DNA of 64,000 nt from the human T2T-CHM13v2.0 reference genome, Homo sapiens (GCF_009914755.1 NC_060941.1), one strand, 5' to 3'; shown: positions 39,042 to 54,737, counted from the stretch's first letter. Program-made: numbers and translations. The notes: generated from the letters alone by a model not told the origin.

Positions 39042-39361
39042 CTGCAGGACGTACAGGGGACATGGGCTGAGTAAGCTGTTCAGGCTGAGCTATCAGTGGT
39101 GGGAGGGATCAAGGGCGAACATCAAGGGACTGGGGTAGACATCAAGGGTAGACATCTGGGACTTCCCAGACCAGACCAGAGAGACCCTGGGATGGAAGGA
39201 GAATCAGAGCCTCCTCTCCAAGGACGTTGTAGATGTAAGTGGGTGGCCTCTGGAATGACGAGGCGGGATCAAGAGTGGCTACAGAAAAGGGCCTTGCAGG
39301 TCTGCCCTCCTGGGGACCAACAGCCCCCAACTCTGAGCATAGGACATGGCCACCCCTTTCA

Positions 39362-39945
<584 letters not shown>

Positions 39946-40683
39946 TTAGTTCATCAGGCATAGTCCAGGGCATAGTGGGTGCTCAGCCACTCTCGAGAGA
40001 GGCTTGTGCTTGTGAGGCTTGGATCCCTGTGCTCAAGGGTCCGTAGATACGGCTCACACCACTCCCTTATCTCCCAACTTCCTGGCCAGGCCTTTACCCC
40101 ATTGCAGAAGGCATTTGGAGAACCCTGACCCAAAGGGATGCTGGAGAGGCCACTGGGGAGGGAAAGGAGTGGGAAGCAGAGGCCTGGCGGGCCGAAGCTA
40201 AAGGGGACTTTGGAGTCATTGGGTCAGTCTCCAGCCTCTAAGATTGTTCGTGGATGTGCTTTAGCATGTCCCTGAGGCCAGGTGGTTGCTCCAAGGGCCA
40301 TAGCTGAGGGCCACCCCAAATTTCTAACCACTTAGACAGTTCAGTGCCCAGTGGGGACCTGAGGGGCCTGGGCAGAGGAGAACAAGTCTTTAATTCTGTG
40401 CTTCCCCAGTGACGCCCGACAGCCCAGCCAGGGCCTGAGGGCCTGGGGACTCAGCCCTTGTCAATCAGGTTATCTCTGCCCAGGGTGCTCCTGGAAAGGG
40501 GCCCAGGCCTCCCCATCAGTGGGGCGTCCCTCCCACCTGTTTCCTGGGATCCTCACTCCTCTATCTGCTGCAGGGTCTCCCCCAGCCTGAAGCTGCCTCT
40601 ATCCCCTTGCTCCTCTCTTCCCTGATCAAATGGTGGGTCCCAAAGGCAGCATGGGAAAGAACGGAGGAGGCTGGGGTCCTCAC

Positions 40684-40745
40684 CTTGTGGGTACCCGGGT
40701 GTGATGTGGTGTGGTAGTCTGTGGCTGTTGCCTCGGTGTCGTGAG
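40684..40745 (-). CDS. SLC4A1: SLC4A1 exon 4 (HDTEAT...GTHK)
   Basis: 62 nt, GT-AG flanks. Confidence 0.97.
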
Positions 40746-41164
40746 CTGAAAACCAGAGGTCGGTTAGTATTGACCTGACCGTCCCCCACCTGAGGCTCTT
40801 CACCATCCACTGTGAGCCTCAGAGACCCAGGCATGGGCAGATGCCCCTCCTTCCCAGTGCCCTGGGCTGGGTCTCTGGTGCCGCATCCCACACTGGCCAC
40901 TCAGCAGAATGAGGCTCCCCACACTTGTGTGCTGGGCCTAGCCTTGGGCTCCCTATCTGAGCCTTGTCGAGGACACCCGGGATTCAGCCAGGGAGGCCTA
41001 GCCCCTCCGCAGTGATGAAGTGAAGGGACCTCTCCAAGGTGACTGCAGAGCCCTGAGTGGCAATTTTCAGGATCCTCCTAGGACCTCCTCCCTCCCCTGC
41101 CACCTCTGAGACCAGACTCCCTTCTCTCCTCCCACCTGCCTCAATGAGCCCGTCAGCACAGTGT

Positions 41165-41310
41165 TTCACTGAGCTGAGGCACCAGGGTGGGTCAGCCCCT
41201 TATATTCCCACCCCTCCCACCCCCAGCCCTCATTTCCAAGAGGGGCCTCTTAACTTTAATCCCAATCTCCAGCACTTAAGTCCTGTTGACAGTAAACAGG
41301 TCCTGCCTGG
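41165..41310 (-). promoter_or_regulatory. SLC4A1: Probable kidney (kAE1) promoter in intron 3
   Basis: Minus-strand AATATAA at 41200-41206, CACCC boxes at 41207-41224, forkhead motifs at 41284-41298. An intron-3 kidney promoter is established; the exact position is inferred from motifs. Confidence 0.6.
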
Positions 41311-41715
41311 GGCTCCCCACCTAAGACCTTGGACAGGCCAGGGAAGGCAGGGTGGTTCCTGGTGTCTTTCTATCTAGGAGGGTCCCCACAAGCCCCTCAT
41401 TTCTCAGGACCTCTTTCCCCAAGAACAAGCCCATTTTCTGGCCTGGAAGCTGGCATTGGATGGGCACAGATGGCATGTGGGCTCACGCCCTTGTCCCAAA
41501 CTGGCTGCCCGCCCTTCTCACATTGCAGGGGCACTGGATGGGTGACTGCCCCTGCTCTCCCAGCCACCTCCTGTGATCATTTCAAACAAAGCTCTGTTTA
41601 TCCTTCAATCAGCCAGAATTGAGGGGAGAACGGCCCGTGGTGCTTGGGAGGAGGACTGTGGAGAAGGGGAGAGGACAAGTGCCCCTCCTGTCCCTGTCTA
41701 GGGCTCAGCAGCTCA

Positions 41716-42000
<285 letters not shown>

Positions 42001-42792
42001 CTACGGTGATCTGAGCCCCCAGCATAACCCGCACCGCGGGTCCCTGCAGCAGAGGGCACAGGCTGAGTGGGGCACAGGGCATCCCAGGGTCTCCTGGTCC
42101 TCCTCCAGAGGGGGCCACATGTCAGTGGAGGGGATCCACGTGTTGGAGGTGGTAGGGCCAGAGGAAGGAAGTGTGGAGGGAAAGGGAGAACGAGCTGGAT
42201 TTGCAGGTGTGAGGGTAGGTGAGCAGGGGCTGGGAGAGAGGGGCAGTGCAGGGAAGAGGTAAGTCTGGCTGGCACCAGCGAAGGATGTTTGGGGAAGATG
42301 GGCAGGTCACCCTCAGGTCCATCTCCCTCCTTCATTCTCTAGTCTTCACCTGGCTTCTTTTCTTGCCCATCCCTGGGACTCAGCTAATACCAGGGGACCT
42401 GCTGGTCTCTTCTTCAGGGGGGCTTAGCTCCCCTGAGGGGCTCTAAACACATGCTCTTCTCTCAGAAATAGCTGCTGCCCACCGGGCATGGGCTGCAGCA
42501 TCCTTGGGAGTGGTCCGCAGGTCTGGACGATGTGGTCCTACTTCTCTCCCTGACCCCATCTTGCACTCCGTCTCTCTCGCTCTCTCCCCACCTAGCCTAT
42601 TGGCCTCCTGTGGTTCCTAGAACTCACTAAGCCCTTTCCTGTCCCAGGGCCTTTGCACATCCAGCTGTCCATATCCCGGACACCCTCCCCCCAATACCTC
42701 AGACCTTCTCACATCTCGGCCCAAATGTCTCCTCTTCAGAGGCCCTCCCTGGCCACCACCTTGACCCAATCTGTCATGTTCTGGTTTCTTTT

Positions 42793-42886
42793 CCCTCCCT
42801 CCTTCCCTCCCTTCCCTCCTTCCTTCCTTCCTTCCTTCCTTCCTCCATCCCTGCTTCCTTCCTTCCTTCCTCTCTCTCTCTCTTCC
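42793..42886 (+). repeat. (CCTT)n/(CT)n polypyrimidine tract beside an Alu tail
   Basis: Visible simple repeat. Confidence 0.85.
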
Positions 42887-43355
42887 TTTTTGAGACAGAG
42901 TCTCACTCTGTCACCCAGGCTTAGAGTGCAGTGGCATGATCATAGTTCACTGCAGCCTTGAACTCCTGGGCCCCAGGGATCCTCCTGGCCCAGCCTCCTG
43001 AGTAACTGGAATTATAGGCATGCCACAGTGCCCAGGTAATTTAAAAAAAAAAAATCTGTGTGTAGAAACAGGGTCTCACTATCTCAGTGTGGGCTGCTGA
43101 TTTCTTTCTTCTTTTTTATTTTTTTGAGAGCGGGTCTCCCTCTGTTATCCAGGCTAGAATGCAGTGGCATGATTACAGCTCACATCAGTCTCAAACTCCT
43201 AGACTTAAGTGAACCTCCCACCTCAGCCTCCAGAGTAGCTAGCACACACCACCATGCCTGACTAATTTTTAAATGGTTTCTTGGTTGGGCGTGGTGGCTC
43301 ACACCTGTAATCCTAACATTTTGGGAGGCTGAGGCAGGCAGATTGCTTGAGCTCA

Positions 43356-43693
<338 letters not shown>

Positions 43694-44067
43694 TCACTAC
43701 TCCTAGCAGAGTGGCTGTCACGTAGTAGGTGCTCAATAAACATTTACTGAATGATTGTAAGAATGGCTCCCTATTGCGGGGTTGGGGCTCTGAGACTGGG
43801 GAGCCAGGATGACTAGGCCCCAGCCAAGAGGCCTCTGAGCTCGGGGTCTCAGTTTTCTCAGTTGTGTCCCTAGCAGAGAGGAAGGTGTGCCTTCCCCAGG
43901 AATGTGAGGGCAGGTCCAAGGGGAGGACAGGGGTCACCTAAGGTGGCCCCAGACTGGGTGTGGAGGTGCCTCTTTTCCCTCCTCGCCCACTACAGCACAG
44001 GGCATTGAGGTGACAGGCAATTGGGTCGGTTCAACAAAGGTTCCCACTCTGTGCCTGGCATTGTGTT

Positions 44068-44250
44068 GAGCACTGGAGGCTGTGGGGAGGGGGTGCCGAG
44101 CACTGGGGGCTGTGGGGAGGGGGTGCTGAGCACTGGGGGCTGTGGGAGGGGGTGCCGAGCACTGGGGGCTGTGGGGAGGGGCTGCTGATCACTGGGGGCT
44201 GGTGGGAGGGGGTGCTGAGCACTGGGGGCTGGTGGGAGGGGGTGCTGAGC
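44068..44250 (+). repeat. G-rich ~30-bp minisatellite, ~6 copies, in intron 1
   Basis: Unit approximately gagcactgggggctgtggggagggggtgct. Confidence 0.9.
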
Positions 44251-44460
44251 TGAACAAGGCCCGTCTCTACTCTGGGGAAGCTCCTAGCCGCGACAGGGAG
44301 GCAAACTGGGAACACAGGGCAGCCTCAGTGCTTCCGAGGTGACATGGACCCCAGGGGCCGAAAGTGCTGAGTGCCAAGGATCTGTATGGCAGGAAGAAGA
44401 GCAGGACGCGTTTGCAGCACTCGGGGGTGGAGTCACCGGAGGAGGGGTCACTGGCGCTAG

Positions 44461-44712
<252 letters not shown>

Positions 44713-47166
44713 TGATCCACCCACCTCGGCCTCCCAAAGTGCTGGGATTACAGGTGTGAGCCACCGTGCCCAGCCAAGCACTGGTGAGATGTGAAGGGCT
44801 GGGAGTCCAGATGTGAGGCATGCCTGGGTGGAGCTGAACAGGTGGGCTGAGCAAGGTGGGAAAATGCCACGTGAGGGCATGGGGCAGGGAGCCTGGCCAA
44901 CATGGTGAAACCCCATCTCTACTGAAAATACAAAAATTAGCCAGGCGTGGTGGCGCATGCCTGTAATCCCAGCTACTCAGGAAGCTGAGGCAGGAGAATC
45001 CCTTGAACCAGGGGGCAGAGGTTGCAGTGAACCGAGATTGCGCCACTGCACTCCAGCCTGGGCAACAGAGCGAGACTCCGTCTCAAAAAAAAAAAAAAAA
45101 GAAAGAAAGGGATGTGCAAACAGCCTTCTTTCTGAGGAATGGGTGACCCTGCAGTCCTGGGGGTAGGGAGGGGATTACTGGATCTCACCAGACTGGAGAA
45201 TGGGAGAGACCCCTGCCTTGGCAGGTGGGGCAAGTGATGGGGTGCGGGGGAGGGGTCCTGGACCTGAGGACGAGGTAGTCCCTACTGCAGGGCTTGGCTT
45301 TGCTCCTGAGGACCCTGATGACCCACCTCTTCTCTCTCTTTTTCCTCCTCCCTCTCTGCTTCTCCCAAAGTTCCTCTTTCTCTTCCATCTTTATTCACTT
45401 TCTTCCTTCTCTGGACTTGCCCATGCACTTTCTTAGGCCTCAGATGCTAAGGCCTCCAGGGTGTCTAAGCCTTAGGTACTAAAAGTCCCACCCATGGGGC
45501 TGGGACTGTGGCCTTGGTTGCCTATCTGAGGAGTGGAATGGTCAGAGGGGCCCTCAGAGCTGCAGAATCCAGAGGTCCAGGCTGCCTCTCTGCCACTGAC
45601 TGGCTGAAGGGCCTTGGGCAGCTTCCAGCCTGTAGGCCTCAGTCACCCCATCTGTACAATGGGAGTGCCTTCCTGCCAGGGTTCTGAGACATCAGTGAGA
45701 GAGAAGAGGGGAAAACAGAGGTGCCTTGAGCTCAGTTGGAGACTTACAGGGCGCACCCATGACCCAGATTGCCACCCGCCAGCCAGGCCGCCCCCCAGCT
45801 GCAGGCCTTGTGCTGCCTAGCACTGATAAGGGCCTGGACCCAGATCGCTGCCCCAAGTTTTGGAAGTGCACCAAACACCTGGCCAGCTAGCCAGCTGGCC
45901 AGGGCCAGGCCAGATAAGGGTGAGCGGGACATCTGAGCCTAGAAGGTATAGCACAGCTGGGAAGACACGGCGGGAGAGGGGATTGACCAGATGACAGGGA
46001 CAACTTCCTAGTGGTATGGCACCACCTTTGTGTAATCAGCCCGAACTGCACAAAGAACTGTACTGCCTTAACTCTTAGAATCCCCAAAGCATTCTGTGAA
46101 GTGGTTTGGGGATTCTAAGAGGAAGAAGAGTAATGTCATTAATCCATTCTACAGATGCGAAAGCTGAGGTTCAGAGACATTTACCTGCTTCAGCCACCCA
46201 GCAGGTAGGTATCAGAGCCAGGTTACAGCCTGGACTACCTGACTCCAGCCACATCCCTAAGCACTATGCTAAGTTGCCTCCAACAAAACAACTGTTAGCT
46301 GGTTTAGAGTTAGTTGTTAAGATCACGGACTCTGCAGTCGGACTGCCTGGATTCAAAGCCCAGCCCTGCCATTTACTAACGGCGTGTGACTTCAACTCTC
46401 TGTGCCTCAGTTTTCTCATCTGTAAAATGGGGGTGATGATAATGATGCCCATCTCATAGACCTGTTGTAAGCATTAAGGAAATTTACATTTGTAAGGGGC
46501 TTAGAACAGTGCCTAGCATATAAGGAGCGCTATGAAAATGTTTGCTGTCATTATCCCTTGCTGCTGGGGTTACAGTCAGACTTGCCATCTTCATTTCCCC
46601 TCTGATTTGCCCTCAGTTCCCATGGAATTAGCCTGAGCTAAGTGTTTTGAGATTCTCATGTGGTAGGAGGCTCTGCAGTTCCCTCCAATACTGACCACGC
46701 TGGGCGTGGAGCCAGGTGCCCCAGGTAGACCCCTGGAAGTGTCCCAAAGGGGATACTGTGTCAGCTGACATCCTGCCTCCTAGGTGGGAGAGGGGGTGGT
46801 CTGAGGACCCCATTAGGAAGGAAGGAGTCTGGGGTGGACAAGACCTGACCCTGTGGGATCCAACAAGCTGACAAGGGCCCATACCTGGAGGGGATCAGAT
46901 ACCCCCCGCAACACACGCACCGGAGCCACACATACCTCTGCTGCCATTGACCACCTGCCACCCTCCTCTTTTCAGGTGCCAATGGGCCTGTTCCCTTAGG
47001 GGCAACATATGCATGGTAACATTCTCACCCCACCCACCTGCACCCCCTTGGAGGTCAGGAGCCTGGCCCACCTGGGCATAGATTCAGGCTGGGCACCTGT
47101 AGAAGCCCTCAGGGCAGGCACCGAAGGACCATCCCCAGCCCCTCCCTGCCCTGCCCACCTGCTCAC

Positions 47167-47248
47167 GAGCCTCAGGGTCCCTTGGTGAAGTCCTGCAGCC
47201 GCTGGTGCCCTCTGCGACCAGCTACGTTCCCACTCGTTCTGACAGCAC
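47167..47248 (-). other. SLC4A1: SLC4A1 non-coding exon 1
   Basis: GTGAGC donor at 47166-47161; sequence matches the recalled AE1 mRNA 5' end; TSS approximate. Confidence 0.85.
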
Positions 47249-47430
47249 CAGCGCCCCAGGGGCAGCTCGCAAACCCCTGACTCATGCCCCCGCCTCCTAA
47301 TCTGCCCGCCCCACTGGCCCTGGGAGCCCCTTCCCACACCCCCCACCCCGCTCCCACTGGGTGCCCAGTAAACAGAGTTATCTCTTACCCACATCTGGAC
47401 AGCTGTGAGTCTGGCCCACCCCACCCGCCT
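47249..47430 (-). promoter_or_regulatory. SLC4A1: Erythroid TATA-less SLC4A1 promoter
   Basis: AP-1-type TGACTCA at 47278-47284, KLF1-type CCACACCC at 47334-47341, GATA TTATCT at 47378-47383, E-boxes at 47392-47397 and 47400-47405. Confidence 0.8.
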
Positions 47431-49355
47431 GGCCAGCCCCCAAGGCCTCTCGGGGCCCTCCTGGTCCCCATGGTTCTCCTGACTCTTCCTTTGTGGATGA
47501 AGGTTTGATCGCTCTGTCCTCAGGGCTCCCAGTGCCCTGGCAGGAAGGCACCAGCCTCCAGAGGTCCCTGTCCTGCCTCTGTCCATCCTCCACTCTGGCC
47601 AGGCCCTTCTGCTCTGGCCCCAAGGTGCAAGGGCGCCTGCTCCTCTCGTCTCTCTTGGTATCCACGCTAGGACTCACTCCTCCTCTGCAGTTTTCTCCAC
47701 AGGGAACTGCTCAGCACTCACGGGGCACGGACAGCCCCCTCCCCTCCTTGATCCAGACTAGGATGCCCCAGCCACATTCTCCCCAAGACCCTGGCTGGTT
47801 CTAAAGAGCTGGCTCCTGGACACTAAGACACTGACATTCAGTCAACCTGAAACAATGTCAGCTCAACAAAACAACCATCCCCACACCAAGCTCTTCAACT
47901 CACAAAGCTCTAATGTCTGGGCATACTGGCTCCTCTGTAGGCAGCCTGGCTCAGGCCCCCAGGCCAGAACAGCCGCATTCTCAGCCCCTGCCATGCCCCT
48001 CCCCTTCAGTTCCCACCCCTACACCCCCAGTTTCTCTGCTCTGGGGGGTGACCAGAGCCTGGTCACCTCTTCGTAGGCTCTGGTTGCTAAAGAGGCAGAG
48101 ACTGAAAGATGAGTACAGATCAGCAAGAATGAAGAGGGGTTTTCAAGCAGACAGAAAGGGGTGTTGTGGCCATCGCTCTGGGCACAGAGAGGAGGGTGTC
48201 CTAGTACAGCTCCGGCATGGACTGGCTGAAGGAACCTGGACAAGTCCCTGGCCCTCTCTGGGCTTCTGTTTTCTCATCCGTAAAGTGAGAGTGTTGGGTT
48301 ATGTGGCCACCAGCCTGAAGTTCAGACTCAAGCAGAAGAAACTCAAACACAGGGACACACAGGTGGACAAATCCCGCCACTGCAAGACCATTCACTATCT
48401 GCACCACAAGCCTGCCAGGGGCTGAGTCCTGTGGAGAGAGAAAAGGGGAGGGACACGGGTCCTGAGGCAGAATCCTGTTTATGGAGGACCTCGGTTCCAG
48501 GAATTATGCTGAGGCCTTCATCTTGTGGTCACGCTGGATTCCTACAAACCCCCCACTTCACAGAGGAGGAAACAAAGCCACAGAGAGGCTTTCCCAGGAA
48601 AAAGAATGCCCAACGGACCAGCACCTGCCCCGTGCAGTGCACCATGCCTGGACTTCACACGCTCTAGCTTGCCAAGCTCTCTAAGCCCATCTGAGGACAA
48701 CACTGTTTACGATGTTTATTCACCTCTCACAGAGAAAGGGCAGCAAAAGGAGAGCAGTGACTTGCCCAAGTCCTCTGGGCTGGTGAAGCCAGCGTGGGCA
48801 CTCCGACCTGCTAATCTGCCTGGACAGCTGGTGTTCTGCCAGATCTGAGCCCCTCCCACCACCCAGGCCTTGGTGCCGGTCAGGAACAGAGAGAGGCCCT
48901 GGCTAAAGGGGGCTGGAGGTGCCTTCTCCTGCTCCAGCTGGTGGGATCTGTCCCAAACCCTGGGCCCACACTGGGTTGGCTTCCTATGGCCTGTGGCAGT
49001 GAGTGCCAAGTGAAGACCTTTGACTCCTTGACCCAGCCAGTGTGCCCAGTCCCCTTGCCCCTCTGCCTGCCCTAGGAGTCAGAGACAGCTGAGTGCAGGG
49101 GGCAGCAATGGGGCACCTCTCCTGGGGCCCGGGAAGGACTGACAGCTGGCTGGGGGTGGAACAACAAATGGCATCATCTGGCTTAGGGGGAAAATCTGGC
49201 CAGCTGTTTGGCTGTTCTGCAGGCACCACCCCCTGGCAGCCCCACCAGACAGCCAGGCAGAGGCACAGCAGCTTGGACGCTGGTTCTTTCCACTCACACC
49301 ACATGTTCTAGATCATTCTTGTTGCCCTGGCTGAATGTAGATGTTTCTTTTCTAA

Positions 49356-49814
<459 letters not shown>

Positions 49815-50451
49815 TGAGTAGCTGGGATTACAGACGCCCAACACCACACCCAGCTAATTTTTGTATTTTTAGTAGAGTTTCACCATGTTGGCCAGGCTGG
49901 TCTCAAACTCCCGACTTCAAGTAATCTGCCCACTTCGGCCTCCCAAAGTGCTGGGATTACAGGTGTGAGCCACCTTGCCTGGCCCACATTTACTCTTGTT
50001 TATGCTTTTCCAGGAAGAGGTGAGGGCAACCCTCACTCATTTTATTCCAATTTGGACTTGGGTCAGTTTGATTCATCTGAAGGCCTCCATGCGCCTGGCA
50101 CTAGGCTGCCCTCTGGGGAAGCAAGGCACGAGGGAGTCTTACCTCCCTTTGACTATGCCCCGGGCTGGACAGAGATGGTCGTGGTCAGAAAGATTGGCAC
50201 CTGGAGGGCTTGAGCAGAGCCCCAAGATGCCTTGAGCTGTGCCCTGAGTGGCCCTTCACACACTCACAGCCCATCCTGCTCTTTCCTTGGAGTCCCTCTT
50301 GTCACTACTGCTCTACCACTTCCTAGAGCACTAAGGGAGGAGCCCTCAGATTCCCCTCCCCAAGGTCCATATGTGTCCTCGTTCAAATTTATACTCCTTT
50401 GGGAGAAAGCCGGGAGCCCAGGCAGATGTCAGCAGGAATGAAGTGAGCTGA

Positions 50452-50739
<288 letters not shown>

Positions 50740-53700
50740 TGAGTAGCGGGGACTACAGGCGCACACCACTACACCCAGCGAGTTTCGTATTTTTTGTAGA
50801 CAGGGTCTTGTTATGTTGCCCAGGCTGGTCTCAAACTCCTGGCCTCAAGTGATCTTCCCACCTCGGCCTCCCAAAGTGCTGGGATATCAGGTGTGAGCCA
50901 CTGCACCTGGCCTTACTTTCTCATTTTCAATCATCCTGGATGCAGTCAGCCCTCAAGTGAGAAGTGAGGACTGGGTAGTGGCCTTAGAAGGGCCAGCTGC
51001 TTTCTCTATCTTACTCTAAGGAGTAGAAGCTGAGACTAGGTAGGACGGGGGTTCGATGATGGTTAAGGGAACTGTCTCTTGCAATGGGATTGGCAATGAG
51101 GTGTCAGCTTGGCCTGTGACTGCTGAGGGCAGACCCATTCCATGTGAGCAGACCCTTACATCTTTTCTTCCATGCTCAGCCGGTAATTCTCAGCTGCTAT
51201 CCTGAAGTCCTCAGCAAAGCTTGCTGGACTGGATCACCTGCCTCTGTTACCCCATGCGGATGGAGGGGAGGGTCTGAGACCATGTTTGGGGCAGAGCAGG
51301 CCATGGTTTGCGGTGGCAGCTAAGGTGAGTGGACATCCAGATGGCACGGGGGAGCACCTGAAGGGAGGTGTGGTGGCTGGAGCCAGGAGGCTGGAGGAGG
51401 GGACGTGGTCTGGCCAAGGTGGCCTGGAGGGACCTATGTACATTGCTCGGTGAAGATACGGCTTTCTGTGCCCTCATAGACTAGGGACTCAGACCCCTGG
51501 GATTTTGCATTAAAGGGAAGTGTCCCACGGCTGGGACATGTGGGCTGTAGAGGACCTCCTCGGGTTGGAAGCCCTGTGTGATCTTGAGCTGACCACACCC
51601 TCTCTCTGGACTTCCTTTTCCTCTCTGGACTGTTGTGACCACATGGGATGACAGGTGGGAAAGAGCTTGAAAATAGTCTTCTCTAGATGCAGGCAAGGGG
51701 CTGAGTAGTGAACGGGAGAAGGAGCCACGGGGCTCGTGTATCAGGCAGCCTGAGCCAAGGCAGCAGGGCAGGGACCACGCAGCGATAGGAGTTCATGTCC
51801 AGCAGGGAGTGTATACAAACCTCAGAGGGAGGATAAGGGATGTAAACAAGGGATGGGCCCGGAGGGACAAGTAATGCGGGAAGTGTGAGGTCCCCAGGGA
51901 GACCATGCTGGTGGAGGGCCCAGAGTTGTGAGGTGCAGCCCTGAGCAGTCTGGGGGTGGATGGAAGTGGGGCAGGGTGCACACACGTTAGGAATGGACCA
52001 GTCATCATTATCACCTGGTGAGGGAGTGGGGAGGTGCGGGGAATCAGGCGGGAGAGCTGGGGGATGGGGCTGGAACTGGAAAGGCTCTCAGAGCTGAGCC
52101 AGTCCAGTCCCCCTACCCTCAGAACCCTGTGCCCCGTGACCCTCATCACCAGCACCCTCGGCTGGGCCCTGGGGAGTCCTGGGAGGAAGGCGGTTTCTAC
52201 TGTCTAGGGGCAGCCAGGCCAGATCTGTGCAAAAATAACTCACCCTGAGCATCCTTCCAGAGATACACGCTGGGAGTTCTGCAGGGTCCCCTGAGAGCTG
52301 AGGAGGAGGAAGAGGGGAAGTGGGAGTTCCAGCAGGACTTTGAAGGATGGGGGCGGTTTCTCCAAATGGGAGGAGGAGGGAGGTCAAAGGGCAGGTTTGG
52401 GCCAGTGTGATGGCTCAGGCCTGTAATCGGCACTTTGGGAGGCCAAGGTGGGAGAATTCCTTGAAGCCAGGAGTTCTCAAGACCAGCCTGAGCAACATAG
52501 CAAGACACCATCTCTACAAAAAGTAAAAAAAAAAAAAGTTACCTTTTTAGCCAAGTGTGGTGACACAGGCCTGTAGCCCTAGCTACCTGGGAGGCTGAGA
52601 TGGGAAGATCGCTTGAGTCCAGGAGTTCAAGACTGCAGTGAGCTATGATGGCACCACTGCACTCCTGCCTGAGTGAGTGAGACCCTGTCTCTAATAAAGA
52701 AAATAAATAACTATTTTGGTGGCTCACACCTGTAATCTCAGCACTTTGGGAGGCTGAGGCAAGCAGATCACTTGAGGTCAGGAGATCGAGAGCAGCCTGG
52801 CCAACAAGGTGAAACCCTGTTTCTACTAAAAACACAAACATTTGCTGAGTGTGGTGGCGCATGCCTGTAATCCCAACTCCTCAGAGGGCTGAGGCATGAC
52901 AATCACTTGAGCCCAGGAGGCGGAGCCCAGGTTGCAGTGAGCTGAGATCCTACCACGCACTCCAGCCTGTAAAACAGAGGAAGACCCTATCTCAAAAAAT
53001 AATAATAAATAAATTCAATAATTTAAAAAACAAAAACAAGGGCAGGTTTGGAGAGCTGTGGGGTCAGCTTGGCTCTGCAGAGAGTTCAGTGTGCGGGGGT
53101 GTCCTGGGAGGAGGATCTGCTTGAGGGGCTCAAGGCAGGCTGTGAGCTCTCTGAGTCTTGACACTCACCTTTCTCTGAATGTTCTCTGTTCTCTTGGCTT
53201 CTGGATCTTTCCATGCACTGTTCCCTTGTCCTGAGATGCCTTTCCTTTCCAAACTTGCTGGACCAAAGCTTTGACCTTCAAGGTTCATTGTTTGCATTCC
53301 CAGCTCTGTGAATTCCTTCTCTCCCGCCAACCTTCCAACCCCTGGAGATTGACAGGTCCCAGCCCAGCACCTACCTGTGTCATTGCCTCTCTGCTCCCTA
53401 CTGAGATGGTCCATGGTCCTGTGTGTCTCCTCCACAGATCATGTTCCCAAGGACAAGGACCCTCACTCAGGTCCTTAAACCTGACCAGGGCTCTGCCGGT
53501 AGTTGATAGTTTATATGAGTTTGTTGACTTGAATGAAATCAATACAAAAATCCGTCCCTTTGCCGGGTGCAGTGGCACATGCCTGTAATTCCAGCACTTT
53601 GGGAGGCTGAGGCAGGAGGATCACTTGAGACCGAGAGTTTGAGACCAACCTGGGCAACACAGTGAAACCCTGTCTCTATTAAAAAAAATTCTGTCCCTTA

Positions 53701-53835
53701 CCCCACTGCCAAAAGTATAGGTGAAAAAACTAATATTTGGGCTGGATGCAGTGGCTCATGCCTATAATCCCCGCACTTTGGGAGGTCAAGGCGGGCAGAT
53801 CACTTGAGGTCAGGAGTTCGAGACCAGCATAGTCA

Positions 53836-54036
<201 letters not shown>

Positions 54037-54737
54037 CTAATATTTGAGAAAGGTCAAACAAGTGATACATTAACAGTCTTATTTTATTCGAATCCTTTCC
54101 CTAAACACAAGCAAGCAAAGAAACAAACCCTGAGCCTCCTCCAGTCCTCTCCATCCACTTGGTTCCTCAAATCCCCAAACCCAGTTGCTTCCTTGACTCT
54201 TAATTTTCCCTCACTCCCAATCCCCACTTCCAATAACAGCTCATTCTACTGGATCTAGCTTCATGCTTCTATCCTCTTCTCCCCATCTCCACTGCCCACC
54301 CGCCGGGCCCCTCATCATGCTCCTCCGTCACCCCAGGAGTCTCTCACCTGGCCTCCTGGCTTCACTTAGGCCCCCTACAATGCGGTTGCCACACAGCAGT
54401 CAGAGTGACCTTTTAGAAACATAAATCAGAGGATATCATCCTGAGTGTAAAATCCTTTGTGACTTCCCCACACCCATTCCCTACTCCGGGCAACTCCTGC
54501 CCTCTGCTCACCTCCTCTGTTCCTCGAAAGCACGAGTGCCATCCTGTCGGGATGCTCCTCCCTGATCTCCCCATGGCTGGCTCCTTCTCACCAGGCAAGT
54601 CTCAGGTCAAATATTACCCCTGCAAAAGGCCTTCTAAGGCCTTCTTTCATCACCCAATTGGACAAAAACCCCAGCCACTCTCGCTGTGGCAAAGAAAATC
54701 AAGACAGACTGTGTGCGAGAGAAAACTCAAAATTTTA

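Noticed and set aside
39100-39160. Short repeated gacatcaaggg motif in intron 6
   Set aside because: Simple slippage duplication with no further structure evident.
44068-44250. CRISPR-like 30-bp repeats
   Set aside because: Head-to-tail tandem units with no unique spacers, in human DNA; a minisatellite.
46996-47586. 196-aa minus-strand ORF across exon 1 and the promoter
   Set aside because: Starts upstream of the TSS and reads through the exon-1 donor; GC-rich chance ORF.
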